DNA of 64,000 nucleotides from an uncultured bacterium (GCA_963727255.1 CAVSFC010000002.1:192001-256000); one strand, 5' to 3'; positions 19,820 through 32,162 are shown, counted from the stretch's first letter. Translations and numbers: made by a program. Notes: a model not told the origin generated them from the letters alone.

Positions 19820-21465
19820 TTAAGGGTTCGAAGAACCGTTTGAGCCCGGCCCGGTCTTTTTATTAATCGCTTCTAAGAATTCACGATTAGTTTTAGATTT
19901 TTTCATCTTATCAATTAAAAATTCCATACCTTCGATGGTATTCATAGTTGCCAAGAATTTCTGCAATACCCAAACTTTATTCAAATCATCTTCAGGAAGC
20001 AAGAAGATCTTCACGGCGAGTTCCAGACATCAACAGATCAAATGATGGATAAATACGGCGATTAGAAAGTTTACGAGTCATATGCATTTCCATATTACCC
20101 GTACCTTTAAACTCTTCGTAAATCACTTCATCCATACGAGAACCGGTTTCAACAAGCGCAGAAGCAATAATAGTTAATGAACCACCTTCTTCAGTATTAC
20201 GCGCAGCACCAAAGAATCGTTTTGGGCCCGTGAGCGCATTGGCATCAATACCACCGGTCAATATTTTACCCGATGCAGGAGCCATGGTGTTATATGCACG
20301 CGCTAAACGAGTAATGGAATCAAGAATAATCACTACATCTTTGCCTGCTTCAACCAAACGTTTTGATTTTTCAAGAACAATTTCTGCAACTTGAACATGC
20401 CGATCAGCCGATTCATCAAACGTAGAGCTAATTACTTCAGCCGATGAGCCGCGCACCGTGCGCTTCATATCAGCAACTTCTTCAGGCCGTTCATCAACGA
20501 GCAAGATAATAACGACTGCTTCAGGATGATTGGCGATCATCGCTTTGGCAATCTCTTTGAGCAACATCGTTTTACCCACTTTTGGTGGCGCAACAATTAA
20601 CGCACGTTGACCTTTACCAACAGGGGTAAAAAGATCCATGATACGTGTTGAAATGCAATTTGGATCATATTCAAGATTAAATTTTTTATTAGGATGCAAT
20701 GGTGATAATCGATCAAAATTAGGACGATCAGCCGCCAAGGCAGGATCTTCATAGTTAACTTTTGAAACTTTAAGAAGCGCAAAATATTTTTCGCCTTCTT
20801 TTGGCTTACGAATAACGCCTGCAATCGTATCGCCGGTTCTCAAGTTAAAACGGCGAATTTGCGAAGGAGAAACATAGACATCATCCGGACCAGAAACATA
20901 ATCATAGTGTGCAGAACGCAAAAATCCAAATCCATCTGGCAATTTTTCTAAAACGCCTTCAACTTCAATTTCAAAATCCGGATGCGCTTCAACATACTTT
21001 AATACGTTCAATTAATGCGGTTTTATTTAATAAACTTGCGCCAACAATACCCAATCGGCGCGCATACATATTAAGATCGGCAACCGTAAGTTCTTCAAGC
21101 GGAATCGGCTGGCGAGGTTTTTGCTCACGATAGGAATTATATTCCCTTGGCTGTTGCCTTTCGGTTGAAGTTTTAGGGAAATCGGGAGTCTCTGGGCGTT
21201 GTGCAGATTCTTTTTGTTCACGTTGCTCACGCGATTGCTCTGCGCTTTCACGGGCAGGTTGCGGTTGCCGCGTATAGGTGCGCCGTTCAGTGGTACGCAC
21301 ATACGGGCGCGGTGAACGGGCAGGCCGCTCATCTTGGGGAGTCTGTTGCGGTGATTCCGTTGCAACTTCTGTTGCTTTAGGCTCAGCGTCAACTTCTTTA
21401 GGTGATGATGTATCTTGCTCTTGTTCTGGAGCAGGCAACTTTATTTTTGGATCTTGATCGTTCAT
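19820..21465 (-). CDS. rho: Transcription termination factor Rho with a long N-terminal low-complexity extension (frameshifts near 21003 and 19995)
   Basis: [67 protein letters not shown]; three ORF pieces join. Confidence 0.95.
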
Positions 21466-21720
21466 CAAAATCTCCTTAAAACACGTAAATCGGAACAAAA
21501 AGAAATCATAAATATAAACTCCGTCTAAATTTTTTGATATTTTTGAAAATTAAAATGAGCAAGGCTAATTATTTAAAACAACAGACGATTATGCTCAAAA
21601 TAGCATAAGAAAGAGCAAATCTGAATAATAATTTCTACTAGAAACATTTTATCACAGCCTGCTATTTATTTTCAAGTAATTTGCCGCAAAAGGCAAAAAA
21701 GGCTTATTTAAAAAGCTTTT

Positions 21721-22608
21721 TTATTTGTCTTCTCTATAGAGCATCATCATAACTGGGCTTGCTATATAAATAGAAGAATATGTACCAAATACTATTCCAA
21801 CCAGCAACGCCAAGGAGAAATCTCTGAGTGCTTCCCCGCCAAAAAAGAGCATTGAGCAAACGGTCAAAGCAGTTGCAAAGCTTGTTAAAACACTGCGGCG
21901 CAAAGTCTTATTAATACTCACATTAACAATTTCATGTAAAGATGCGCCTTTCATCTTGTGCAAATTATCACGAATTCTACTGAAAATAACAATAGTATCA
22001 TTTATTGAGTAACCAATTACCGCAAAAATCACGCCGATAACATTGATTGAAATTTCACGATCAAACATCAAGAAAATGCCCAAAATTGCCATAGGATCGT
22101 GAATTAAGGCAACAATAGCACCCGCCGCAAAGGCAAATGACCAAAATCGAACGGCTATATAAATCAAAATGGCAAGCAATGCAATTAATACCGCCCAGAA
22201 GAAATTCCAGCGTAAGCTTTCGCCAACTCCAGGCCCAACGGCTTCACTTTGCAAAATTGATACTGGATTATCAGGAATTTCAGCTTGGATCGCACCGCGC
22301 ATACGGTCAGCAAGCCCTTTGGCATCATTAGAGAATTCGCTCACCCGAACCAAAACTTCTTCAGGAGTAGAAAACTCACGGGTAATCGGATTTTTCCAGC
22401 CATTTTTTTCTAAAATATCTTTAAGATGGCAAACACTTACCGGTTTTTCAAATTTAAGAAGAACCTGTGTTCCGCCCGTGAAATCTACACTGTAAACAAA
22501 GGTATAGCCTCTGGTTTGCCATTTATAGATGTAAACACCCAAGGAGGCAAAGAGAAACAAAGTACTAAAAATGCCACAGACCAAACGATATTTTAAAAAA
22601 TTAATCAT
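21721..22608 (-). CDS. secF: Protein translocase subunit SecF
   Basis: VDFTGGT, VGPGVG, GYSINDTIVIFSRIR, TLRRSVLTS, GTYSSIYIA. Confidence 0.96.
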   Translation of the reverse strand: MINFLKYRLVCGIFSTLFLFASLGVYIYKWQTRGYTFVYSVDFTGGTQVLLKFEKPVSVCHLKDILEKNGWKNPITREFSTPEEVLVRVSEFSNDAKGLADRMRGAIQAEIPDNPVSILQSEAVGPGVGESLRWNFFWAVLIALLAILIYIAVRFWSFAFAAGAIVALIHDPMAILGIFLMFDREISINVIGVIFAVIGYSINDTIVIFSRIRDNLHKMKGASLHEIVNVSINKTLRRSVLTSFATALTVCSMLFFGGEALRDFSLALLVGIVFGTYSSIYIASPVMMMLYREDK

Positions 22609-22702
22609 TACGCTCTCCGAATTAGCACATTTCTAAGTTGGCTGCATTCATACGATATTCTTGGTACCCAAAGAGAGAATTCTCTTCGGCTTAGATAAAA
22701 AA

Positions 22703-22960
22703 TTAAGATACTGGAACAATTGAGATATACTTGCGACCCTTAGGTCCAAAATGAAATTTGATCAATCCCGGAGCCATTGCAAAAAGGGTATAATCTGTCC
22801 CCTTGCCAACATGCTTTCCAGGATGAAATTTGGTGCCGCGCTGTCTGACGATAATTTCGCCACCAGTCACCACTTGACCATCAAAAAGCTTTACACCTAA
22901 CCGTTTACTTTGGCTATCGCGATTATTCTGCGTCGATCCACCGGTTTTACTCGTTGCCAT
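22703..22960 (-). CDS. rpmA: 50S ribosomal protein L27
   Basis: [47 protein letters not shown]. Confidence 0.97.
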   Translation of the reverse strand: MATSKTGGSTQNNRDSQSKRLGVKLFDGQVVTGGEIIVRQRGTKFHPGKHVGKGTDYTLFAMAPGLIKFHFGPKGRKYISIVPVS

Positions 22961-23167
22961 CGCAATCCTTACAAAAGCATTAAAATTATGAATTATTACT
23001 ATAAAAGACAAGATTATTATTATGGTTCTAGTATGAATATTCAGATAAAAAAGTCAATATCCAGTTTACAAAATTTAAAAAAAGGGTATTATTTTAGATA
23101 GAAATTTATTTTATCTCAGGATGTGCCGAAAAGCCCTTCCCAGAATGATTCTTGATATGGAGGTCAT

Positions 23168-23869
23168 GTGAAATCAGTAAAAATTCTAGTAATGCTCTTA
23201 TTTGGCATTATTCCTGCCATACACGCACTATCCCCCAATAAAGCCCCCTTGGCAAAAGTAGCTTCAGAGTGTGTTGCCAGCAAACCGCTTATAGAAGCTG
23301 CTCAAAAAGGGCAGATCGATAAAATTAAAAGAATGATCAATGCAGCAAATATCGATTGCGGCAACTCAAATGGAGTAACTCCGCTTATGTTTGCTACCTA
23401 TCATGGCCACACCCCGATAGTCTTGTTTCTTATTGGTAAACGGGCAAACATCAACCTCGTCACGAACAATAACCAAGATTTTAACCTAGGAAAACTATTA
23501 TCAAATAGGAATAAAGGCTCGACGGCACTTATGCTGGCTGCTTATGCGGGAAAACTTGAGATTGTTGTAGCTTTGCTCAAGGCTGGGGCAAAAGTTAATG
23601 CCCAGGATAGTGACGGGCAAACGGCCCTGATGTATGCAATTTTAGGCGATCCAAATTGGCCCAATCGCCCTCTCGCAGAAAATCGTAAAAAGATAATTGC
23701 GGCATTGCTCGAATTTGGTGCTGATACAAGTTTAGCTGATACTAATGGCCTTGATGCGGCATATTATTATTCCCATGTTGCAGGCCTCGTTCCCACATTT
23801 GATGACCGTTATGAGAAAGACCATGAATTGGCTAATCAAGATCCGCTGTATCGTGGAATGCAAAGTTAA
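23168..23869 (+). CDS. Secreted ankyrin-repeat protein
   Basis: GGAGG SD; signal peptide; GVTPLMFA, GSTALMLAA, GQTALMYA, LLKAGAKVN. Confidence 0.9.
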   Translation: MKSVKILVMLLFGIIPAIHALSPNKAPLAKVASECVASKPLIEAAQKGQIDKIKRMINAANIDCGNSNGVTPLMFATYHGHTPIVLFLIGKRANINLVTNNNQDFNLGKLLSNRNKGSTALMLAAYAGKLEIVVALLKAGAKVNAQDSDGQTALMYAILGDPNWPNRPLAENRKKIIAALLEFGADTSLADTNGLDAAYYYSHVAGLVPTFDDRYEKDHELANQDPLYRGMQS

Positions 23870-24275
23870 AAAGAAATTTTTTCCGCAATCTTTTTCATAA
23901 GAGCATAATGTTCGATCGCGCGATAAGCCACATCTTCTGCAATTTCATTATCATATGTATGCACAGAAAGATTTCGATCATCTGTCATTTCAAGCGCTTC
24001 TGCTAATTCTTTAGCTCTAGCAATTTCTGAACCCGGGCTTCTTGAAAAACTTTTTTTGGGGAATTGAGTAAAATTCCAAATTTATACTCAAGTAAGTCTT
24101 TTAAATTTTTCCAAAGCAAATCAAAACTCAATTCAAATCTCTTGATTATCGAATCCCTATAGGCAACTATTTATTCCATAGACACAGCAGATTGTTTTTT
24201 AGTGTTTTGCAAAAGATCAATACTGCTATGAAACTGTTTTAAAGATTTTTCTAAATCTTCTCGCCTCTCCATCAT
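23866..24275 (-). CDS. HEPN-domain toxin (HepT/HI0074-like), broken by small indels and absent from the ORF track
   Basis: Manual translation: MMERREDLEKSLKQF..., YRDSIIKRFELSFDLLWK, and EMTDDRNLSVHTYDNEIAE carrying RX4HXY at 23976..23953; ATGA overlap with the upstream MNT gene. Confidence 0.8.
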
Positions 24276-24574
24276 TCTTTCCATACAATTCCCTCATTGA
24301 GAACAGAGGCCCTTAACTTTTCTGGCACTCTATTGAGATCAACAATATCTATTTTATGTAGAATATTTACTGCTTCCAAGACATTATACGCTTGCGCCAA
24401 CTCAGAAAGATCAAATTTCCTTCCCATATCAAGTGCAAGATCAACATCGGAAACATCTTTATAAATACCTTTAGCTCGTGACCCGAATAGGTATATTTTT
24501 ACGCCCGGCAACAATGCACTTAACATGCGAATTATTAAATCTTTTTGTTTAATACCGCCCGAAATATCTTTCAT
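24272..24574 (-). CDS. Minimal nucleotidyltransferase antitoxin (MntA/HI0073-like)
   Basis: YLFGSRAKGIYKDVSDVDLA matches GSX10DXD; KIDIVDL; 100 aa. Confidence 0.9.
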   Translation of the reverse strand: MKDISGGIKQKDLIIRMLSALLPGVKIYLFGSRAKGIYKDVSDVDLALDMGRKFDLSELAQAYNVLEAVNILHKIDIVDLNRVPEKLRASVLNEGIVWKE

Positions 24575-27303
24575 TTAGTTATATCCTTCCAATTTCTGCC
24601 GGTTCTAATATTCACTTCCAATGGCACATTCCATTTCACAACATTCTCAAGAACATTTTTTACCAGAGATTCAGTCGCCGTAACTTCATCTTTTGGAACT
24701 GAAATGATAAGTTCGTCATGAATTTGCAAAAGAATTTTGCCGCTCAAATGTTCCTTTTTGAGTGCTTGTTCCAGCTGAATCATGCCCAACTTCATAATTT
24801 CTGCTGCCGTGCCTTGTGAAACGGTATTGATCGCTACCCGACGCGCTTCTTCATAAAGGGCACGATTTTTTTCATGAATGGCAGGAACATATCGGCGGCG
24901 CCCCCAATGAGTGGTAACATAGCCATGATGCTTGGTATCAATAATCAACCTGCTCCATCCACGCAGAAACGCCCTGATATTGCGCAAAATATTTTTCAAT
25001 ATAATGCTTTGCATCTTTAAATGGAATCCTAAGATCTTGCGCAAGCCCGTAGGGAGTCATGCCATAGAGCACACTGAAGTTGATACGTTTTCCAATCTGA
25101 CGTTGCTCTGAGGTAACTTTATCAAGAGGCACATCGAATAAACGGGCTGCTGTTTCATTATGAATATCATGACCACTTAAAAATGCATCGATAAGATTTT
25201 TATCTTGCGATAAATAGGCAAGCACCCGCAACTCAATTTGCGAATAATCGGCGGATAAAAATACATCGCCTTCTTGCGGAATAAATGCCGCGCGAATTTC
25301 GATGCCATATCCACCTGAATCAGCAGGAATATTTTGCAAATTCGGCTCAGAACTTGAAAGCCTGCCGGTCGCAACTTGCGTTTGGCTAAACGTCGTATGA
25401 ATGCGATTGGTATGCGGATTAATATACTCAGGCAAAGCATCAATATAGGTTGATTTTAATTTTGACAGTTCGCGATATTTCATAATCAAACGCGGAACCG
25501 GATGCATCGCGCTCAACGTTTCTAACACTTCTTGATCAGTGGAATAGCCGGTTCCTTTGGCGCTCTTTTTTTGAGTCGGCAAAAGAAGTTTTACAAACAG
25601 CAGCTGCTCAACTTGCCGTGGGGAATTTAGATTGAGATCTGCCATATCCATGCCAACTAATTCGCCAATTTCGCGCTCAATATCAAGCAAGCTCTTTATC
25701 AACCTTTTTACCTAAATCTGCAAGCAATCGCGTATCAGACGGATGCCTTCAACTTCCATATCATAAAGAACATTGCGTAAGCGGATATTCGATTTTTTCA
25801 TAAAGTTCCAAGAGCTTTTCATTCTTAAGTTCTTTTTCTAAGCAGTTGCTTTAACCTAAAGGTTTGATGCGCATCAGCGGCAGCATACCGCGTTGCTAGA
25901 TCAAGTGGCACATATGAAAAATCTTTATATTTATTATCTTTGACTACTTCTTGGAAGCTCAGCATCGGCTCACCAAAATAATGCTCAGAAAGATATTTGA
26001 GCCCAATGCGCTGCCAATCTTTAGTAATCAAATTTGCGGCCAGCAAGCGTATCAAAAATAAGCCTTTTACCTCAAGGCCAATTCCATGCAACGCTTCAAG
26101 ATCAAATTTAGCGCTATGGAAAATCTTTTTGATACTTTCATCTTCAAAAATCGGGCGTAGCTTTTCAACCACATAATCTTGCGAAAGTTGCTGCATATTT
26201 TTATGGCCGAAGGGCAAATAATAAGCAGTGCCTTCTTGCACGCACAGTGAAATTCCAACACAGGTATTGCGAATCAGCGGATTCATGCCATTGGTTTCTG
26301 TATCTATTGCAACCAGCTTTTTCTGTTTAATTAATCCGCACAAATTATCCAAGTTGATCGGTGCTCACAATAGTAATAAATTCATAATCAACCATTTTTT
26401 CAGCAACCGAGGGCTTGATCCCTTTTTCAACCTGCTCCATTGCATCAATATCTTTAAGCAATGTTTTAAAATCAAGCTCTGTAAAGAGAGGCCGCGCATT
26501 AACCCAATTATGTTCATCAAATGCAGATCTTGAGTGGTAAGCCCCGATGGATGATATTGCAATAAAAATAATTGATAACTCAAAAATGCATTATCTTTAT
26601 TTGCAAGTAATGCATTACGCATGCGATCTTTAGAAACTTTATCAAGATTTTCATAGAGATCTTCCAGAGATGAAAATTGATGCACAAGTTCTAATGCCCC
26701 TTTATCCCCAATTCCTTTAACGCCGGGAATATTATCCGAAGTATCCCCTAAAATCGCAAAATAAAATGGGCAGTTTTGCAATCGGCAAACCCATTTTTTC
26801 TTCAAACGCTTTTTGATTAAGGATACTATCTTTCCATGGATCAAAAATAACTAACCGATCATCATCAATTGCTTGCCCCATATCCTTATCTGAAGTAATC
26901 AGCACCACGGTATTGCCCAAGGCTTTTTTGCTCTTGCGCAATAGAATACATAATATCATCTGCCTCGATGCCTTGCTGAGCCACTTGCTTCATGCCAATC
27001 AGCATCAGCAAATTCCACAATATATTTTTTTTGTTCAAATATATCGCTGGGCGGCGCTTGACGCGTTGCCTTATAATTCTCATACATTTCATGGCGGGTG
27101 GTTTTGCCCTTGCTATCCCAAACAATGGCAATATGCTGCGGGCGGAACGTATCGATTAATTTTCTGATCATGCGTGCAAAACTATAAACTGCTTGTACCG
27201 GTATTCCTTTGGCCGTATGCAAGGGACGCACGCCATAATATGCCCGATATAAAAATGATGAGCCATCGATGAGAAATACAGTTTTTTTAGGATCAAAATT
27301 CAT
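24571..27303 (-). CDS. polA: DNA polymerase I (several frameshifts, likely sequencing errors)
   Basis: LIDGSSFLYRAYY, EADD, GDTSDNIPGVKGIG, AIDTET, TGRLSSSEPNLQNIP, ADYSQIELR, KRINFSVLYG, QGTAAEIMK, LQIHDEL across six ORF pieces. Confidence 0.95.
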
Positions 27304-27313
27304 GGCGTTCACC

Positions 27314-27847
27314 TTACTTGTTGCTTCTACTGGGCCGTTTAAGCGTGGCCCACTTATCAAGAGCTTCTGGAATGGAGATGAAATTTTTCTTTTCTTTAAA
27401 TGCAGGCTGAGGCAAAACTATACCATCTACCTTTAAAACAGAATAGAGGTGAAGCTTATTTAATTTAATCATTTCATCTTTAAGCGCATCATTCGAAGCG
27501 CCCGGATATTTCTCAAGCTGTGCATCTGGCAATAGAACCGTTTTCGAAAGAATAGCCGGTCCTGAAGTATAAATAAATTTCCACGAGCCGTACTGCATAT
27601 GAATTCCAATGGGCCGATCTTCCTCATTGCATTCAAGAACCAACCCGGATTCTGTTTGACATTCGGTACAACTAAAAAATTCTCGCCATACTCCATGCTT
27701 GGAAACATTTTCTATTATTCGCTTTACCGCTGAATGCCATTCAGTATCTCGAGAAGATTTACTTTGAAGCGTTGCAACTTGATCTTCATGCATAGCAAAG
27801 TTAGCACCAGAAGAAAAAATCATACACAGTACTAGTAATGTTCTCAT
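27314..27847 (-). CDS. Hypothetical secreted protein
   Basis: GAGG SD; signal peptide ending NFA-MHE. Confidence 0.65.
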   Translation of the reverse strand: MRTLLVLCMIFSSGANFAMHEDQVATLQSKSSRDTEWHSAVKRIIENVSKHGVWREFFSCTECQTESGLVLECNEEDRPIGIHMQYGSWKFIYTSGPAILSKTVLLPDAQLEKYPGASNDALKDEMIKLNKLHLYSVLKVDGIVLPQPAFKEKKNFISIPEALDKWATLKRPSRSNK

Positions 27848-27958
27848 TATTAACCTCGATATTTTTAGTCTTTATTATAAGAAAAGGTATACTCTATTGA
27901 GCTTATACAAAAAAAAACTCCGCGCTAGTTTCTAATCGATCAATCAGGGTGCCCACAT

Positions 27959-29929
27959 ATGCTCTATATCCATGTTAAACTGCTCAATGGGTTTGCCCAA
28001 CCCTTAACATATACCGTTCCACCTGAACACCAAAAAAATCTTATAGGATCGATCGTCAAAGTTCCTCTAAAAGATAGGTTTGTTTCAGCCTACGTGTTTG
28101 CCCAATCGGATCAATTATCGCCGATACCCAGATTTACCCTCAAGGCAATGGCAGGAGTTGAGCCTTTCCCCCAGGACCTGACCTATACACAATTTATTAG
28201 CCAACTGAGCGAGTATTATCAAGTAGATTCCTTGCATTTTATTAAACGGATCCGCCAATTCGTAAATCAAGCAGTACCTGAAGCAATCATACAGCACACC
28301 TCAGCTGAAATTTTTGCACGGCAGGTTTCATTGACCGAAGAACAAAAGCATATCGTTGATGCCTTGAGCCCCGCCATTGGAGCCCAAACTTTTAGCCCGG
28401 CATTATTGCATGGGGTCACCGGATCAGGAAAAACTGAAGTGTATAAGCAACTCATACAAAAAACGATTGCTCAGCAAAAAACGGCGATGTTGCTTTTGCC
28501 AGAAGTAAGCCTCGCGCTGCGATTTGAACAGATTTTAAAGCTACAACTGCCATCCGATATTACCGTCATTGGATTCCATTCAGGAACGCGCATTAAAGAA
28601 AAAAGATTGCTCTGGCAATCATTGCTCGAACAAAAGCCAACGCTCATTATTGGTGTACATATTCCAATTTTGCTTCCGATTGCCAATTTAGGATTGATCA
28701 TAATTGATGAAGAGCATGAAGTTGGGTACCAAGAAAAAAAGCATCCAAAAGTAAATACCAAAGAAGCTGCATTGATGCGCGCACAGCATCGCAAAGATTC
28801 CTATTTTACTCGGGTCAGCAACCCCATCAATTCAATCACTCTATACTGCACAAACTAAAAAATGGCCATTTTTTAATCTGTGCAAAGCGATTTGCCGGCA
28901 CTTTTCCAAGCATAAAAACAGTTTTGCTCACCAATAAAGAGCAGCGTAAGCATTTCTGGATCACCCAAGAGTTGCAAGCGCAATTGCAGATCGATTAGCA
29001 AAAAAAGAGCAATTATAATTTTTATTAATCGGCGCGGATATAGTTTTTTTGTGCAATGCAAAGCATGCAGTTTTATTTTTGAATGCTCAAATTGCAGCGT
29101 GAGCCTCACCTTGCACAATAATAATGAACTCGCGTGCCATTATTGTGGAAAATCAGAGCAACTGCCAATCGCATGCCCATCATGCAAGAAAGATGAACTT
29201 CTCAAAAAAGGAATTGGCACCCAGCAAGTGGTTACTATTCTTGAAGAGCTGTTTCCGCACGCTTGTATCGGGCGAGCCGATATGGATGTGAGCAGCAAAA
29301 AGAAATTGTGGCAACAAACCATACAGGCATTTGAAAATGGCACGATCGACATTTTAGTCGGCACCCAAACGATTACCAAAGGATTTCATTTTCCCAATGT
29401 TACGCTTGTTGGCATTCTTTGGGCGGATCTTAATTTGCATTTCCCTGTGTATAATGCCGCTGAAACATCGCTGCAACAACTGATTCAAGTTGCAGGCAGA
29501 GCAGGAAGAGCGCGCGAGGGCAGCCAAGTGATTGTACAAACGATGATGCACCATCCGATTTTTAATTATCTCAATGAAACTGATTATATGAAATTTTATG
29601 AGTATGAAATTCAAAACCGCACCGCAGTGGGTTATCCGCCAGTCATCCGCCTGGTTGAAATTGAATTAAAAAATACTCAAGAAAATCAGATCGAAGATGA
29701 ATCTCTGGCACTCGTGGAACTCATGATGAAAATAGTTGAAGAAAATAAATGGGATATTACCGTTTTAGGCCCAGCAAAACCGCCGGTGGCCAAAATAAAA
29801 AATACTCATTCTCGTAAAATTTATTTAAAGGGCAGATTAATGAGCCAATTTATTCAACTCTATAAAACGATTGATAAATCTCAGTTTAAAAGCCATATTT
29901 TTTTTACACCAAATCCTAACAACAATTAA
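27959..29929 (+). CDS. priA: Primosomal protein N' (frameshifts at about 28790-29020)
   Basis: GVTGSGKTEVY, IIDEEHE, LLGSATP, NRRGY, CxxC zinc motifs, ILVGTQ, QVAGRAGR. Confidence 0.95.
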
Positions 29930-30825
29930 CAACCTGATTTTTTATATGCCGCTTGCATGGCAATGCCCAATGGCAGTGGCTTGGTATCGCATCGAATACA
30001 CTCACCGTATATTTTGCCTTTAAATTGCTCATCCAGACCATAAAAATAGTTAGTCTGTTTATTTTTGATGAGCGCATATTTGCCATCATAGGTGGTCACT
30101 AAAACGATATGCCCATCATTAACATTGATTTTAGATAAATCTGTTTCATATGCTGAAAATTTTTCAAAATCTCTCTTAAGTACATAGAATGCATTTGTAA
30201 GTGTGAGCGCAACGAGCTTATACCCTTTTTTTTCCGCAATCCGATTAAGCGCACCAACTGATTGCCCAAAATTATTATTATCTTTTGAATAAGGAGCATA
30301 GAGATCATACCAAACCGGTATAGTCGGATTATATTCAACAATAATCAAGCGCGGCCGTATCTTTTTGAGACTTTCAAAAATATGATAATCATTGCCATCG
30401 ATATCAATAGAAAGTAAATCAATAGTCCCTGTAATACCATGCTTTTTCAAGATTGATTCTAAGCAATCTTCCTGAGTAATTCCTACCCAGGCATTAATTG
30501 CTAAACAATTGTAAGAAGCAGTATTGCGCTCAAGCTCTTTAAATCTTTCAGGGTCCCCTTCAATCAAAATTCCCTGCCACGAAGGATCTTTGCTCCATAA
30601 TGCAGCAGTGTTGGAAAAATGGAACCCATCCCAGGCTCCAAATTCCACCGCTATTTTTGACTTTGTCCCCATAATTTCAAAGATTTTTTGAATTATGCCA
30701 TCTTCACCAAATTGGGAATGCTGGTTGTAACCATGATCAATAAGCCGCGGCCGGCAATATAAAGGGCAAAAGATTGCCTGAAGGGTCAATAATAGGACTA
30801 GTCCATATTTCATAGGCAGTTTCAT
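29926..30825 (-). CDS. Exported FkbM-like SAM-dependent methyltransferase-fold protein
   Basis: SQFGEDGII, VEFGAWDG, DLLSIDIDGNDY, IIVEYN, KKGYKLV; N-terminal hydrophobic segment. Confidence 0.7.
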   Translation of the reverse strand: MKLPMKYGLVLLLTLQAIFCPLYCRPRLIDHGYNQHSQFGEDGIIQKIFEIMGTKSKIAVEFGAWDGFHFSNTAALWSKDPSWQGILIEGDPERFKELERNTASYNCLAINAWVGITQEDCLESILKKHGITGTIDLLSIDIDGNDYHIFESLKKIRPRLIIVEYNPTIPVWYDLYAPYSKDNNNFGQSVGALNRIAEKKGYKLVALTLTNAFYVLKRDFEKFSAYETDLSKINVNDGHIVLVTTYDGKYALIKNKQTNYFYGLDEQFKGKIYGECIRCDTKPLPLGIAMQAAYKKSGC

Positions 30826-30921
30826 TCAAAATTCATACCTCGATCTATTTTATAAATAACTCAAAAATACATGAAAAACATACTAGATTTATCAACAAGT
30901 TGGAAATTCCCTAAGAATCGC

Positions 30922-30950
30922 TTGACATTAAGTTATTTTTCATTTATATT
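30922..30950 (+). promoter_or_regulatory. Sigma70-type promoter
   Basis: TTGACA, 17-nt spacer, TATATT upstream of the ATG at 30992. Confidence 0.6.
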
Positions 30951-30991
30951 TGTTACAAATAGAATTATTTATAATTTATGGGAAAAAATAT

Positions 30992-32092
30992 ATGAACTAT
31001 GCAAAATTAATAATTGTTTTTACAGCAAACCTTTTCGTTGCCAATCTCTATCCTATGGAAAAGTGGGATAAAACACCTCCCACAATACCCCCGAGAACAC
31101 AGTCGCCCGAAAAACAGAAATATATAAGATCGCTTCCGCCCGTTCCAGAAAGAGTCGATTCCCTATTGCCAGAAATAGCTCCGGCTGCCAAAAGAAATCT
31201 ATCCTCTGAAGCCTTTCTGTCTCAAATGCCTTTAAGATTGGAGAAATTACATCTGCAAGAAGAGCCAAATGAATCCTCTTCAGTATCAAATCCCCATCTA
31301 GAACATCTACGCTCAGTTCTTGAATTACATAAATCAACAGAACCAGAAATCCAAGCTGTCACATCAAAGTCAGCTGTAAGTGAAACGGCACCTCTAAGAA
31401 AGAATAAATTTCCATTACAAAAAGAATCCAGCATTTCAGTCAAAGAATCAACTCATTTAGAAGCTGAGATACAAAATCCCCATCTAAAACATCTCCATTC
31501 TGTTCTTGCAACAGCCAATCTTGCAACAGCATCAAACAAATCAAAAAAAACAGAAATCCGGAATATCAAAGATATTGTATTTCTTGGGAATTGGTATAAC
31601 AATACTTCCAAGATAATAAATGTACAAAAAACTGCTTTAAAACATGATAATAATGAAATTACATTTCTAACCAAAGAAAAAATTAAAACAATCTACCCGG
31701 GACTTCCCGTTAAGCTCGAAGATCCAAAAATTTTTGATCCTTCGGATGAAATTGATGGCTTATCTCATTCAGTCTATAATATTCATGAAGATAAGTTCCC
31801 TTGGGGTATAATTGCATGGCTAACTTATGATAATTCGACTAATTTATTAAAAGCTCGTTTATATACAGAGGATCAAGATTTTAAAGATAAACCATTTTCA
31901 GAAGATAGTAAGTCAATAAAAAAGATTTCAGATAAAAACTTATATGTTTTAATTAATTTCAAAGATAAATGGAAAGAGTCTCAAATAAAACTAAGCGACA
32001 AGCCAATCCTTGAAACTGTCAGTCAAAAGGTAAATCCAGGCAAAAAGGGAATGTATAAATATTTTTATATTCCTGGTCTTTTTAAATATTAG
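30992..32092 (+). CDS. Hypothetical secreted protein with a Pro-rich disordered N-terminal half
   Basis: Signal peptide ending LYP-MEK; two PxxPxR motifs; duplicated NPHL.HL.SVL. Confidence 0.7.
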   Translation: MNYAKLIIVFTANLFVANLYPMEKWDKTPPTIPPRTQSPEKQKYIRSLPPVPERVDSLLPEIAPAAKRNLSSEAFLSQMPLRLEKLHLQEEPNESSSVSNPHLEHLRSVLELHKSTEPEIQAVTSKSAVSETAPLRKNKFPLQKESSISVKESTHLEAEIQNPHLKHLHSVLATANLATASNKSKKTEIRNIKDIVFLGNWYNNTSKIINVQKTALKHDNNEITFLTKEKIKTIYPGLPVKLEDPKIFDPSDEIDGLSHSVYNIHEDKFPWGIIAWLTYDNSTNLLKARLYTEDQDFKDKPFSEDSKSIKKISDKNLYVLINFKDKWKESQIKLSDKPILETVSQKVNPGKKGMYKYFYIPGLFKY

Positions 32093-32162
32093 TTCTCAAA
32101 ATTTTGTTTGCTTGCCATAAAATAGAAGTTCATTTAGGTTATTCCAAAAAGGGATAATCTCA

